From contig JAUWXE010000002.1 of assembly GCA_030616535.1 (NCBI GenBank), forward strand, positions 1-39,939: a stretch of DNA of 39,939 bases. Direction: 5' to 3'. Below the pieces are notes generated by a model. That model was not told where the DNA came from. It worked only from the letters and a program-made list of their open reading frames with translations, and searched no databases. Shown piece by piece: positions 9,539-17,979 of this stretch. Numbering within the stretch: the stretch's first letter is position 1; each line of letters begins with the position of its first letter. A program made the translations under genes and the position numbers. This stretch comes from Candidatus Aerophobota bacterium (GTDB taxonomy: Bacteria; Aerophobota; Aerophobia; Aerophobales; AE-B3A).

Positions 9539-10381
9539 ATGCAAGTATTTCTCCCCCCAGAAATTGGTTTTTGCTTTGGGGTAAAAAGAGCCTTGAGATT
9601 AGTGACAAATGAATTAAAAAAAGAAGGAAAAATTTACTCTCTGGGGGACTTAATTCACAATCCTCAGGTAATTGAGGATCTGAAAAGAAAAGGAGTCGTC
9701 TTCGTGTCGGATCTGTCCCAAGTGAAGGGAGGAACAGTAATTATTAGATCGCACGGAGCTGATCTCTCTTTAATCAGACGGGCGAAGGAAAAAGGTCTAA
9801 AAGTAATAGATGCTACCTGTCCTTATGTAGCAAAGGTGCAAAAGATAGCCAAATTCCTTTCTCAAAACTCATACCGGATAGTTATCGTTGGTTTAAGTAC
9901 CCATCCTGAGATAAAAGGAGTAATGGCCAGTGCAGGAGAAAGGAAAACCTTCGTGGTTAAAGATCCTCAAGAAATAAAAAAAATACCTTTTACAGGGAAG
10001 ATAGGGGTAGTAGTTCAGACCACAGAAAGTCTTGACAATTTCAGTGATATTGTAAAGAATTTAGTGAAAAGAGGAAAAGAGTGTAGAGTTTTTAACACTA
10101 TATGTAAAGTGATAAGACGTCGTCAGGAAGAAACTAAGAGACTAGCCAAAAAGGTTGAGGTAGTAATAGTGGTGGGGGGACATAATAGTTCTAATACTTC
10201 TCAGCTAGCTAAACTATCTCAATCAATGGGAGTGAAGACATATTTCGTGGAAAAAGAAGAAGACCTCGATTCTGTAGAATGGCAAGGGATAAAAAGAGTT
10301 GGCATCACCGGAGGAACTTCTACTCCTGAAGAGTTAATAGTGAAGATAAGAAATCGACTTGGTCAATTTTTGGTAGCTTAG
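9539..10381 (+). CDS. ispH: 4-hydroxy-3-methylbut-2-enyl diphosphate reductase
   Basis: GFCFGVKRA, HNPQV, TCPYV and GGHNSSNT motifs. Classic cmk-ispH-rpsA neighbourhood. Confidence 0.92.
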   Translation: MQVFLPPEIGFCFGVKRALRLVTNELKKEGKIYSLGDLIHNPQVIEDLKRKGVVFVSDLSQVKGGTVIIRSHGADLSLIRRAKEKGLKVIDATCPYVAKVQKIAKFLSQNSYRIVIVGLSTHPEIKGVMASAGERKTFVVKDPQEIKKIPFTGKIGVVVQTTESLDNFSDIVKNLVKRGKECRVFNTICKVIRRRQEETKRLAKKVEVVIVVGGHNSSNTSQLAKLSQSMGVKTYFVEKEEDLDSVEWQGIKRVGITGGTSTPEELIVKIRNRLGQFLVA

Positions 10382-10423
10382 TAATTTCCTCTTGGGATAT
10401 CTTTTACGGAAAAGGAGCTAAGG

Positions 10424-11950
10424 GTGTCTAAATCAAAGGAAGAGAGGCTTCTGGAGAAAGCTGCTGATAGTATAATGAGATCGGAAATGGAAGAGAAGGT
10501 GGAGAAAAGAAGAGATGATTTCGCCAAAATTATTCATGGATACGAGATTCCCCGGGTGGTGAAGCTTGGAGACATAATAGAGGCAAAGGTCGTGCAAGCA
10601 GGCAAGGAAGGAATCTTGTTGGACATGGGTACAAAATCTGAAGGCTTTATGCCCTGGGGAGAATTCGACCCTAGAAGAAAAAAAGTTCCTCCCATAGGGG
10701 AAATCATGCACGTTTATGTTTCGGGCAAAGATGAAACAGGACGCCTTCTGCTATCTAAAAAGGAAGCAGATTTTCGTCTAAACTGGGCAAAATTCGAGGA
10801 GGCCTTCCGGGATGGAAAGCCCATAGTAGTGAAAGTGGTAAAGATAGTAAAAGGAGGGGCTTTAGCAAGCCTAGGATCCTTGAAAGCTTTCATCCCTGCC
10901 TCCCATATAAGTCTAAAGAGGACAAATAACCTCAAAGAATTCATCGGGAAAAATCTAGCCGTCAGGGTTATTCAACTTGAAAAAGGATCTAGGAATATAG
11001 TGCTTTCTAGAAAATTTTTACTTTTGGAAGAAAGAGAAAAAAGGAAAGAAAAAACTCTTTCTAGCTTGAAAGAAGGAAAAACGGTAACTGGCAGAGTAAA
11101 TTCGATAACTAAATTTGGCATTTTTGTGGATTTGGGAGGAATTGATGGACTGATTTATCCCGAGAATCTTTCTTGGGGGTGGGTCAAGGACCCGCACAGT
11201 GCGGCTTCAGTCGGGGACAAAATAAAGGTAAAAGTGTTAAAAATGGATAAAGAAAAAAGGAAAATTTCCCTAGGATTAAAGCAGACCAAGCCTGATCCCT
11301 GGACACAGGTTCAAAAAAAATATCAGGTAGGTGAGCAGCTAGCGGGCAAAGTCACCCATCTTACAAATTTTGGAGTCTGTGTAGAACTTGAAGAAGGGCT
11401 GGAGGGATTGATCCATGTTTCTGATCTTTCCTGGGACAAGCGTGTAGGGCATCCTAAAGAGGTTCTGCACAAAGAAGAAAAGATAGAGGTAAAAATATTA
11501 GATATCAATGCAAAAAAAAAGAAAATAGCTCTAGGTCTAAAACAGGTTAAACCCGATCCTTGGGAAAAATTCCTTCAGGAATACAGAGTCGGAGATTTGA
11601 TTTCCGGCAGAGTGCAGCAGGTAACAGACTTTGGAGTTTTTATGAATTTAGCTCCTGGGATAGATGGATTAATTCACGTTTCAGAATTGGACAAGGACTA
11701 TGTCTCTCATCCAGATGAAGCAGTTACAGTAGGAAATGAGATAAGCGCGGAAATTATAAAGATCGATCGAGAAAAGAGACGAATTAGACTTAGTCTGCGT
11801 CAACTAAAGAAAAAGAAGGAGAACCAAAAAGAAAAGATAGAGGAAATTGATAATCTCAATCTCTTAGAGGAAGATGCTATTGTGATGGGAGACTTTATCG
11901 AGGAGAAAGTAAAAGAAAAGCTAAGGAAGAGCTTTGGTAAGGGTAAATGA
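10424..11950 (+). CDS. rpsA: 30S ribosomal protein S1
   Basis: Repeated S1 domains (G..V.G.V..i..fG.FV.l..g.dGLiH.S). 508 aa with a K/E-rich C-terminus. Confidence 0.9.
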   Translation: MSKSKEERLLEKAADSIMRSEMEEKVEKRRDDFAKIIHGYEIPRVVKLGDIIEAKVVQAGKEGILLDMGTKSEGFMPWGEFDPRRKKVPPIGEIMHVYVSGKDETGRLLLSKKEADFRLNWAKFEEAFRDGKPIVVKVVKIVKGGALASLGSLKAFIPASHISLKRTNNLKEFIGKNLAVRVIQLEKGSRNIVLSRKFLLLEEREKRKEKTLSSLKEGKTVTGRVNSITKFGIFVDLGGIDGLIYPENLSWGWVKDPHSAASVGDKIKVKVLKMDKEKRKISLGLKQTKPDPWTQVQKKYQVGEQLAGKVTHLTNFGVCVELEEGLEGLIHVSDLSWDKRVGHPKEVLHKEEKIEVKILDINAKKKKIALGLKQVKPDPWEKFLQEYRVGDLISGRVQQVTDFGVFMNLAPGIDGLIHVSELDKDYVSHPDEAVTVGNEISAEIIKIDREKRRIRLSLRQLKKKKENQKEKIEEIDNLNLLEEDAIVMGDFIEEKVKEKLRKSFGKGK

Positions 11951-12561
11951 TTACTCTTCCCTTCGTTTTGTTTATGGGCTATCTTATAGGTTCTGTTCCT
12001 TCTGGTTACCTCGTAGCGAGGTTTCTTAAAGGAATAGATATAAGGGATTACGGTAGTGGGAATATAGGGTTTGCTAATACCTTGCGAGTGTTAGGACTTT
12101 TACCTGGTCTAGCAGTGCTGGTCGCTGATATAGCCAAGGGAGGAGTCTCTGTGTGGGCAGGAACACTATGTGCGTCCTCCATTGGGATTAGTCCTCAAAT
12201 AGCCGGGGGAATGCTGGGACTATCATCTATTATAGGACATAATTGGTCAGTTTTTTTAAAATTCAGGGGAGGAAAAGGAGTAGCTACCACAGGGGGAGTT
12301 TTTTTGGTTCTTACCCCCTTTCCCTTTATGTTCTCTGCTTTAACTACGGCTTTGGTGATAGGTCTTACTCGCTACGTTTCTCTGGGATCGATAATAGGGG
12401 GAGGTAGCCTTCCACTTTTCATCTGGCTTTGGGTAAATAATAAAGGTCAGTTTTATCTATATTTAAGCATAGTGGCGGCTTCTCTCATTGTTTTTACCCA
12501 CCGATCTAATCTGGGACGTTTGTTGCAAGGAAAGGAAAGAAAATTAGGGAAAAGAATATAG
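11947..12561 (+). CDS. plsY: Glycerol-3-phosphate acyltransferase PlsY
   Basis: GSGNIGFAN and GHNWSVFLKFRGGKGVAT motifs in a polytopic membrane protein. ATGA overlap with rpsA. Confidence 0.9.
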   Translation: MITLPFVLFMGYLIGSVPSGYLVARFLKGIDIRDYGSGNIGFANTLRVLGLLPGLAVLVADIAKGGVSVWAGTLCASSIGISPQIAGGMLGLSSIIGHNWSVFLKFRGGKGVATTGGVFLVLTPFPFMFSALTTALVIGLTRYVSLGSIIGGGSLPLFIWLWVNNKGQFYLYLSIVAASLIVFTHRSNLGRLLQGKERKLGKRI

Positions 12562-12574
12562 GAAAAGCGGTAAC

Positions 12575-12602
12575 TTGCCAAGACAAGCAGATGTGATATA
12601 TT
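12575..12602 (+). promoter_or_regulatory. Putative sigma-70 promoter for hup: TTGCCA-N16-TGaTATATT
   Basis: -35 at 12575-12580. Extended -10: TG at 12594-12595 and TATATT at 12597-12602. A strong RBS AAGGAGGGGG follows before the ATG at 12633. Confidence 0.5.
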
Positions 12603-12632
12603 AAGACTTATACCCTATAAAGGAGGGGGCAA

Positions 12633-12905
12633 ATGAACAAAGCTGAATTGGTGGAGGAGGTAGCTAATCAGACAGGGTTAACGAAGAAGGTGTCTAAGGA
12701 AGCGGTTGATGCGGTAACTTCTACCATCACCGACTGCCTGGCGAGGGGAGAGAAGGCTACTTTGGTCGGCTTCGGAAGCTTCAAAGTGAGAAAGAGAAAA
12801 TCGCGTCGAGGAAGGAATCCCCAAACAGGTAAGGAAATTCAGATTCCGGCCAAAAAGGTGCCCAAATTCGAAGCCGGTAAGAACCTGAGAGAAGTGGTAG
12901 CCTAA
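12633..12905 (+). CDS. hup: HU/IHF-family DNA-binding protein
   Basis: MNKAELV...[26 protein letters not shown], 90 aa. Confidence 0.92.
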   Translation: MNKAELVEEVANQTGLTKKVSKEAVDAVTSTITDCLARGEKATLVGFGSFKVRKRKSRRGRNPQTGKEIQIPAKKVPKFEAGKNLREVVA

Positions 12906-12916
12906 GGAATCATTTT

Positions 12917-12950
12917 GAGGAGGTAGAAGAGGTATTTCTTCTACCTCCTC
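12917..12950 (+). terminator. Perfect 14-bp stem-loop just after hup. Candidate terminator, but it lacks a U-tract.
   Basis: GAGGAGGTAGAAGA (12917-12930), 6-nt loop, TCTTCTACCTCCTC (12937-12950). Confidence 0.45.
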
Positions 12951-12952
12951 GG

Positions 12953-13047
12953 AGAAAATAGGGACGTGATTATTTTTTTGCTAAGGAAAAATAATTGTAG
13001 GAAGAGAAAACTAGAAAAAGGAAAAAATAATCACGTCCCTATTTTCT
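12953..13047. repeat. Perfect 26-bp inverted repeat with a 43-nt spacer
   Basis: AGAAAATAGGGACGTGATTATTTTTT (12953-12978) is the exact reverse complement of 13022-13047. It ends 9 nt before the ATG at 13057. Confidence 0.85.
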
Positions 13048-13056
13048 GCAAAATCT

Positions 13057-13395
13057 ATGGATACTAAAGCGGACGAAAAAGGGAAGGAAACTGGGATTCC
13101 GGAAAAGTTATATTTCTCTATTAGTGAGGTGAGTGAGATTACCCATCTTCCTCCTTATATCTTAAGGTTTTGGGAAAATAAATTCAAGGAGATTCGACCC
13201 CAAAAAAGTAGGGGAGGACACCGTCGCTACCAGAGAAAAGATATTGAAGTAATCCTGGGGATAAAAGAACTACTTTACGAAAAAAAATTTACCATCCATG
13301 GAGCTCAAAAAGAGCTAGAGAGAACAAGGGGAAGCTCCGTCACTCCCTTAGTTATAAAAAAAGAGTTGCAAGAAATATTGAGAATATTAGATTAA
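13057..13395 (+). CDS. MerR-family transcriptional regulator (small, HTH only)
   Basis: YFSISEVSEITHLPPYILRFWE..F....P.K...G.R.Y...DIE pattern, 112 aa. Confidence 0.8.
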   Translation: MDTKADEKGKETGIPEKLYFSISEVSEITHLPPYILRFWENKFKEIRPQKSRGGHRRYQRKDIEVILGIKELLYEKKFTIHGAQKELERTRGSSVTPLVIKKELQEILRILD

Positions 13396-13474
13396 CGGGG
13401 CGTAGCGCAGCCTGGTTTAGCGCACTTGCATGGGGCGCAAGAGGTCACCGGTTCGAATCCGGTCGCCCCGACCA
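13396..13474 (+). tRNA. tRNA-Pro (anticodon GGG), with encoded CCA
   Basis: Hand-folded: acceptor CGGGGCG/CGCCCCG, anticodon stem CTTGC/GCAAG, loop ATGGGGC (G37), T-arm ACCGG-TTCGAAT-CCGGT, then ACCA. It starts at the base immediately after the MerR-like stop codon. Confidence 0.88.
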
Positions 13475-13483
13475 CTCTAAATA

Positions 13484-13510
13484 GTGAATCGCGAATGGTG
13501 AATTGTGAAT
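13484..13510 (+). repeat. Four tandem GTGAATN heptamers
   Basis: GTGAAT at 13484, GCGAAT at 13491, GTGAAT at 13498 and GTGAAT at 13505, exact 7-nt period, followed by an A-rich AAAAGAAAGAAGG. The same arrangement lies inside the element at 15326-15345. Confidence 0.7.
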
Positions 13511-13555
13511 CGAAAAGAAAGAAGGTGACTGATTGGAGGGTATCGAAAAAGAAAA

Positions 13556-14533
13556 ATGGAGAAAGAGCGTATACTCAGTGGGATGAGGCCTACGGGAAGG
13601 CTCCATCTGGGAAACTATCTAGGGGCTCTTTCTAATTGGGTTAAACTACAGGATAGATATGAATGCTTCTTTATGATTGCTGACTGGCATACTCTTACCG
13701 ATCGAACAGATACCAAAGGACTTAAGCAAGATATCAAGGATGTTTTGATTGATTGGCTTTGTGCAGGTCTGAATCCAGAAAAATCCACTCTTTTTGTGCA
13801 ATCACACGTACCCGAACATGCCGAGCTTCATCTGCTTTTATCTATGATTACCCCTATTCCCTGGCTGGAACGTTGTCCCACCTATAAAGAAAAACTTGAA
13901 ATGGGTCAGGAAAATAACTATGGACTACTGGGATATCCAGTTCTTCAAGCAGCCGACATTCTTATCTATAAAGCAAACAAAGTTCCCGTAGGGGAGGATC
14001 AGGTAGCTCATCTGGAACTATCCCGGGAGATAGCTCGACGCTTCAATCATCTTTACGACCATGTCTTTCCGGAACCGGCACCTCTTTTATCTGAAACCGT
14101 GAAAATTTTAGGTTTAGATGGGAAAAAGAAGATGGGTAAGTCTTATGATAACTACATTTCTCTTTCCGAGGAGCCGAGGATAATTGAGGAAAAGACCCAG
14201 GGAATGTTCACCGACCCTAAGAAAATCTATTTAGGAGACCCTGGACATCCTCAGGAATGCAATGTTTACAGCTATCATCAGATTTTTGGTAAGTTTTTGG
14301 GAGAAAATCTAGAACAGATTTTCAAGGATTGTAAAGAGGGAGCTCTGGCCTGCACTACCTGCAAAAAAAATCTAGCCCACCTTTTGATTAACTATCTTGC
14401 CCCTTTTCGTCAAAAAAGAAAAGAGCTTGAGAAAGAAAGTTTAGATAAGATCCTAAACAAAGGAAAAGAGATAGCCAGCCGTCTAGCTACCTCTACCTTA
14501 AGAGAAGTGAAAAAAGCTATGCAGATGCTCTAA
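13556..14533 (+). CDS. trpS: Tryptophan--tRNA ligase
   Basis: SGMRPTGRLHLGNYLGA (HIGH-type) and KMGKS motifs, 325 aa. Confidence 0.93.
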   Translation: MEKERILSGMRPTGRLHLGNYLGALSNWVKLQDRYECFFMIADWHTLTDRTDTKGLKQDIKDVLIDWLCAGLNPEKSTLFVQSHVPEHAELHLLLSMITPIPWLERCPTYKEKLEMGQENNYGLLGYPVLQAADILIYKANKVPVGEDQVAHLELSREIARRFNHLYDHVFPEPAPLLSETVKILGLDGKKKMGKSYDNYISLSEEPRIIEEKTQGMFTDPKKIYLGDPGHPQECNVYSYHQIFGKFLGENLEQIFKDCKEGALACTTCKKNLAHLLINYLAPFRQKRKELEKESLDKILNKGKEIASRLATSTLREVKKAMQML

Positions 14534-14546
14534 AGATCCATCCCCT

Positions 14547-15227
14547 CTACCCAGCCTTTTGGCTCTCCTTAACAATATTTACCCCGCTGCTGGTGCCGAG
14601 TCTGGTAGCTCCTGCTTTAATGAAGCTATAAGCAGTCTCAAGGTTTCTTATCCCTCCAGCAGCTTTGATCCCCATCCCCGTCCCCACAATTTTTCTTATC
14701 AAAGCAACATCCTCGACAGTAGCACCTCCTTTACCAAGGCCAGTAGAAGTCTTTACATAGCTGGCACCGGCAGCCTTGGTTAACACGCATCCAGCTATCT
14801 TCTCATCTTTTTCTAAACTTCCCATCTCCAGAATAACTTTTACCACTTTGTCCTTACTAGCTTCAATTACCCCTCGGACATCCTCATAAACCAACCGGAA
14901 ATTTTTTCCTTTAAGTGCTCCGATGTTGGCTACCATATCGATCTCGTCCGCCCCTTCCTCAATAGCTTTGGCTGCCTCATAGCTCTTTACCTCCTTGTGG
15001 GTTGCCCCCAAGGGAAATCCAACCACCGTGCAAACCTTCACCCCCGATCCTTTCAGTCGCTCGGCAGCCAGCTTAACAAATGACGGATTTATGCAAACAG
15101 CAGCAAAGCCGAATTTCTTTGCCTCTTCACAGAGCTTTTTTATGTCATTCTCAGTAGCATCGGGGCTAAGTAGAGTATGATCAATGAAAGAGGCTATTTT
15201 TTTACGAACATCTTCACCAGGAACCAC
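14547..15227 (-). CDS. deoC: Deoxyribose-phosphate aldolase
   Basis: IDHTLL...ATE.DI..LC.EA....FAAVC.NP and VKTSTG (Schiff-base Lys). GTG start. Confidence 0.9.
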   Translation of the reverse strand: MVPGEDVRKKIASFIDHTLLSPDATENDIKKLCEEAKKFGFAAVCINPSFVKLAAERLKGSGVKVCTVVGFPLGATHKEVKSYEAAKAIEEGADEIDMVANIGALKGKNFRLVYEDVRGVIEASKDKVVKVILEMGSLEKDEKIAGCVLTKAAGASYVKTSTGLGKGGATVEDVALIRKIVGTGMGIKAAGGIRNLETAYSFIKAGATRLGTSSGVNIVKESQKAG

Positions 15228-15263
15228 AGTTTTTACCTTAATAGTACCAGGAAAGCATTAGAC

Positions 15264-15427
15264 TTAGAAGATTTATACGCGTATCGAGGGACTTTCCCCG
15301 AAGGAGCCTTATATCAGCAAAAATTGTGAATAGTGAATAGTGAATGGCCAAAAAAAGAAACCAAGATACAATTCACGAAATACGATTCACCAAGTACAGC
15401 GACGGAGGGGAAGAGTCCCGAGATACC
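15264..15427. mobile_element. MITE-like non-coding element of about 160 bp with imperfect terminal inverted repeats and an internal GTGAAT/ATTCAC palindromic module
   Basis: The left end TTAGAAGATTTATACGCGTATCGAGGGACTTTCCCC and right end GGGGAAGAGTCCCGAGATACC are mutually complementary (GTATC..GGGACT..CCCC). Both ends recur at 25539-25565 and 25813-25842. Confidence 0.6.
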
Positions 15428-15490
15428 TTATCAGCTTTGAATTTCACTTGAGATCCAGGGGATAATTTCTCCATTACTGATCCTGCCGAT

Positions 15491-16228
15491 TTACACAACC
15501 ATCCCTCCACTTACATCGATAATCGCTCCGGTTACATAACTAGCCTCATCCAAAGCCAGGAATGCAACCACATTGGCTACTTCTTCCGGTCTTCCTATCC
15601 GTCTGGTAGGAATTTTACTTAATATTATTTCCTTTATTCTTTCCGGGACAGCTCTAGTCATCTCAGTATCGATAAAGCCAGGACAGATTACATTAACCGT
15701 TATTCCCTTAGGTGCCAATTCTCGGGCGGCTGTCTTTGAGAGACCTACCACCCCGGCTTTGGAAGCGCTGTAATTAGCCTGCCCTATATTACCTAACCAA
15801 CTGGCTGAGGAAATATTAATAATTCTTCCATACCTCTGATCTCTCATGATTTTTGCCGCTGCCCGAGTACAAAAGAAAACCCCGGTAAGGTTTACCGCCA
15901 GTACTTGATTCCATTCCTCATCCGTCATTTTATGCAGCATTGCATCGCGATTAATGCCTGCGTTGTTAACCAGAACGTCTAATCTCCCAAATTTTTCTTT
16001 GGCTGTCTCAAATATCTTTTCGGCTTCTTCTTTTTTTGAAACATCTATCTTGATCCCAATTCCCTTCACGCCCAATTTTTTAATTTCCTCAGCCACTTTT
16101 TGAACATTTTCAGCACTAATATCAGCCGCCATTACGTCAGCACCTTCTTGGGCTAGTTTTAGAGCAATAGCTCTTCCTATGCCTCTTCCTGAACCGGTAA
16201 CTACCGCTTTCTTTCCTGATAAATCCAC
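15491..16228 (-). CDS. fabG: 3-oxoacyl-ACP reductase-like short-chain dehydrogenase
   Basis: TGSGRGIGRAIA, NNAGI, S...YSASKAG catalytic pattern and PGFIDTEMT, 245 aa. Confidence 0.8.
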   Translation of the reverse strand: MDLSGKKAVVTGSGRGIGRAIALKLAQEGADVMAADISAENVQKVAEEIKKLGVKGIGIKIDVSKKEEAEKIFETAKEKFGRLDVLVNNAGINRDAMLHKMTDEEWNQVLAVNLTGVFFCTRAAAKIMRDQRYGRIINISSASWLGNIGQANYSASKAGVVGLSKTAARELAPKGITVNVICPGFIDTEMTRAVPERIKEIILSKIPTRRIGRPEEVANVVAFLALDEASYVTGAIIDVSGGMVV

Positions 16229-16276
16229 TTTAGCCTCTCTCCTTTCCTGACAAAATTCTGCACGAAAAAATTGGTA

Positions 16277-16332
16277 GGTAGCCGCAGGCTTTAGCCTGCG
16301 TAAAACAGCGCAACCTAAAGGTTGCGGCTACC
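16277..16332. repeat. Inverted pair of REP-like units (GTAG plus palindrome), BIME/REPIN-like
   Basis: GGTAGCCGCAGGCTTTAGCCTGCG (16277-16300), 8-nt spacer, then CGCAACCTAAAGGTTGCGGCTACC (16309-16332), whose reverse complement is GGTAGCCGCAACCTTTAGGTTGCG. Confidence 0.7.
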
Positions 16333-16386
16333 TTATACAAATTTAACCATCCAGTCCTTCCTGCATATACACCACAGATCAATCTT

Positions 16387-17979
16387 TTAGACCATCTTCT
16401 CAAACTCTAAGTTTTTATCCTGGATCTTATATCCAATGCCCAATTTTTCACATATTTCAACCAACCCAGCCACGCAGTCATCCGCCACTATCTGGATATG
16501 ATTGCAGGGATGTTCTCTGAAAAGCTGTTCCATAGGAACTTTAAATTTCATAAAAGCATGAGGCCATCCTGGAGTAGTAGTTAAAGCATCAGGTGGTCTT
16601 TCCACAAACTCGCCCGGAACTATATTCATCCAGTATCTTCCCTTTTTTCTTCCCAGTCTGGCTCCGGTTACCGGTCCCGGAGCTGCATCAAAGTTTACCG
16701 TTGCTCCACAGGCACGATAGAAAAAGGCTTGCTTATCTAGAGTGATCCTGGCTAAATTACTCTCTACATCATCAGTGCGGGTGGCAAACCAGGGAGTATG
16801 AGCACCACAATTTACCAGATAAAGAATTTCCTTTTCAGGATCCAGGTGTCTAAAATCAGCAAACATAGTTGGTTTACCGGTTAACAGATACATTATCTGT
16901 TGAGTCAAAGCAGCGTCCTTGTCATCCTCACAGGCACAGACAACAATCTTTTTCTCCTCGCCTCCCGGGCCCCGATTATCATTACTGAAAGCATGGGTTA
17001 GACATTGAGTCACATGATGCTCGCTCATCTCGGGTTGACACTTTATCCCCATGAAATCAAGATCATTTTCTGCCATGATATCCTGGGTAGCATAATAACA
17101 GGCTAACTCATATTTAAGTTTATCCGGGCTGAGTTTATCCGCATAATTTATATTCTTTGTGTGTCTGGTAAGGAAATCAAAAGCTTTTGAGATTCGCTCA
17201 TCTTTTATACTAACTATCTCACTGTTTATTCCCTTACTCCACTGAATCATTCCCTTAGCCTTTCTAATAATTTCAGCTTGACCAATGGGTTGAATATCCA
17301 CACCAAAGATCCTGGACCACTGAAGAGGATCAGCTTCTGCGGTGACAATTTGAATACTTCGTCCACCAATTTCTCCATAGATCTGGCCGTGAAGTCGCTC
17401 GATTACCTCATCTGCGGAAGCGGAGGTCCTAGCTCTGTCCCGAGCAAATCTGGCAAAAGCTACCACCTGTTCAACCTTTCTAGGATCCTCACTTAATTCT
17501 GTGCTCCAGATCCGAAAATTAGGTATGCCCAATTGATCCAGTCCTCCTGCCGCAGCCATTCCTCCTACCATGCCAGGCTGTTCAGGGGCTAAATTGGTAA
17601 GTACCACCATAGGAGTGGATTTATTCTTTTTCTTGTTTTCTCTAATCAGTATTTGAGCTGCCATTCTGGTGAGCCGAGGAGAGGCCCACACACTGTAGTG
17701 GAAGATCACACCATCTATACCAGTATCGACTAACGTTCTTGCCTGTTTTCTTGCTATCTCAGGACGCCAAATCATTTTATCAAATCCGGTGAAAGATTGA
17801 CTGGGATCGATAACGTCCACCTCCCCAGTTTTTTCCAAAGTCTCTACAACATTTTTCTTTAGCCTCTGGGCGTTTTCAAAAGTTCCCTGAAGCACATGTT
17901 CCCGTTCATCGTTAAAATCTAGAATCCCGATTTTAGCCTTATTTATCATCTTCACCACTCTCTTTCTCTGAATTCTCAT
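16387..17979 (-). CDS. L-fucose/L-arabinose isomerase-family sugar isomerase. Substrate unknown.
   Basis: About 520 aa. GIKCQPEMSE, CEDDKDAALTQ and FADFRH resemble the FucI-family core. The likely start is the internal MINKAKIG. Confidence 0.55.
   Translation of the reverse strand: MRIQRKRVVKMINKAKIGILDFNDEREHVLQGTFENAQRLKKNVVETLEKTGEVDVIDPSQSFTGFDKMIWRPEIARKQARTLVDTGIDGVIFHYSVWASPRLTRMAAQILIRENKKKNKSTPMVVLTNLAPEQPGMVGGMAAAGGLDQLGIPNFRIWSTELSEDPRKVEQVVAFARFARDRARTSASADEVIERLHGQIYGEIGGRSIQIVTAEADPLQWSRIFGVDIQPIGQAEIIRKAKGMIQWSKGINSEIVSIKDERISKAFDFLTRHTKNINYADKLSPDKLKYELACYYATQDIMAENDLDFMGIKCQPEMSEHHVTQCLTHAFSNDNRGPGGEEKKIVVCACEDDKDAALTQQIMYLLTGKPTMFADFRHLDPEKEILYLVNCGAHTPWFATRTDDVESNLARITLDKQAFFYRACGATVNFDAAPGPVTGARLGRKKGRYWMNIVPGEFVERPPDALTTTPGWPHAFMKFKVPMEQLFREHPCNHIQIVADDCVAGLVEICEKLGIGYKIQDKNLEFEKMV

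Noticed and set aside
13475-13555. T-box or TRAP-type tryptophan-sensing leader upstream of trpS
   Set aside because: Only about 80 nt are available, far too short for a T-box. No specifier or antiterminator T-box sequence is present. The repeats are GTGAAT heptamers, not the GAG/UAG triplets spaced by 2-3 nt that TRAP binds.
13426-13635. A 69-aa ORF overlapping tRNA-Pro and the trpS start
   Set aside because: It begins inside the tRNA and overlaps the well-supported trpS frame. It has no recognisable motif.
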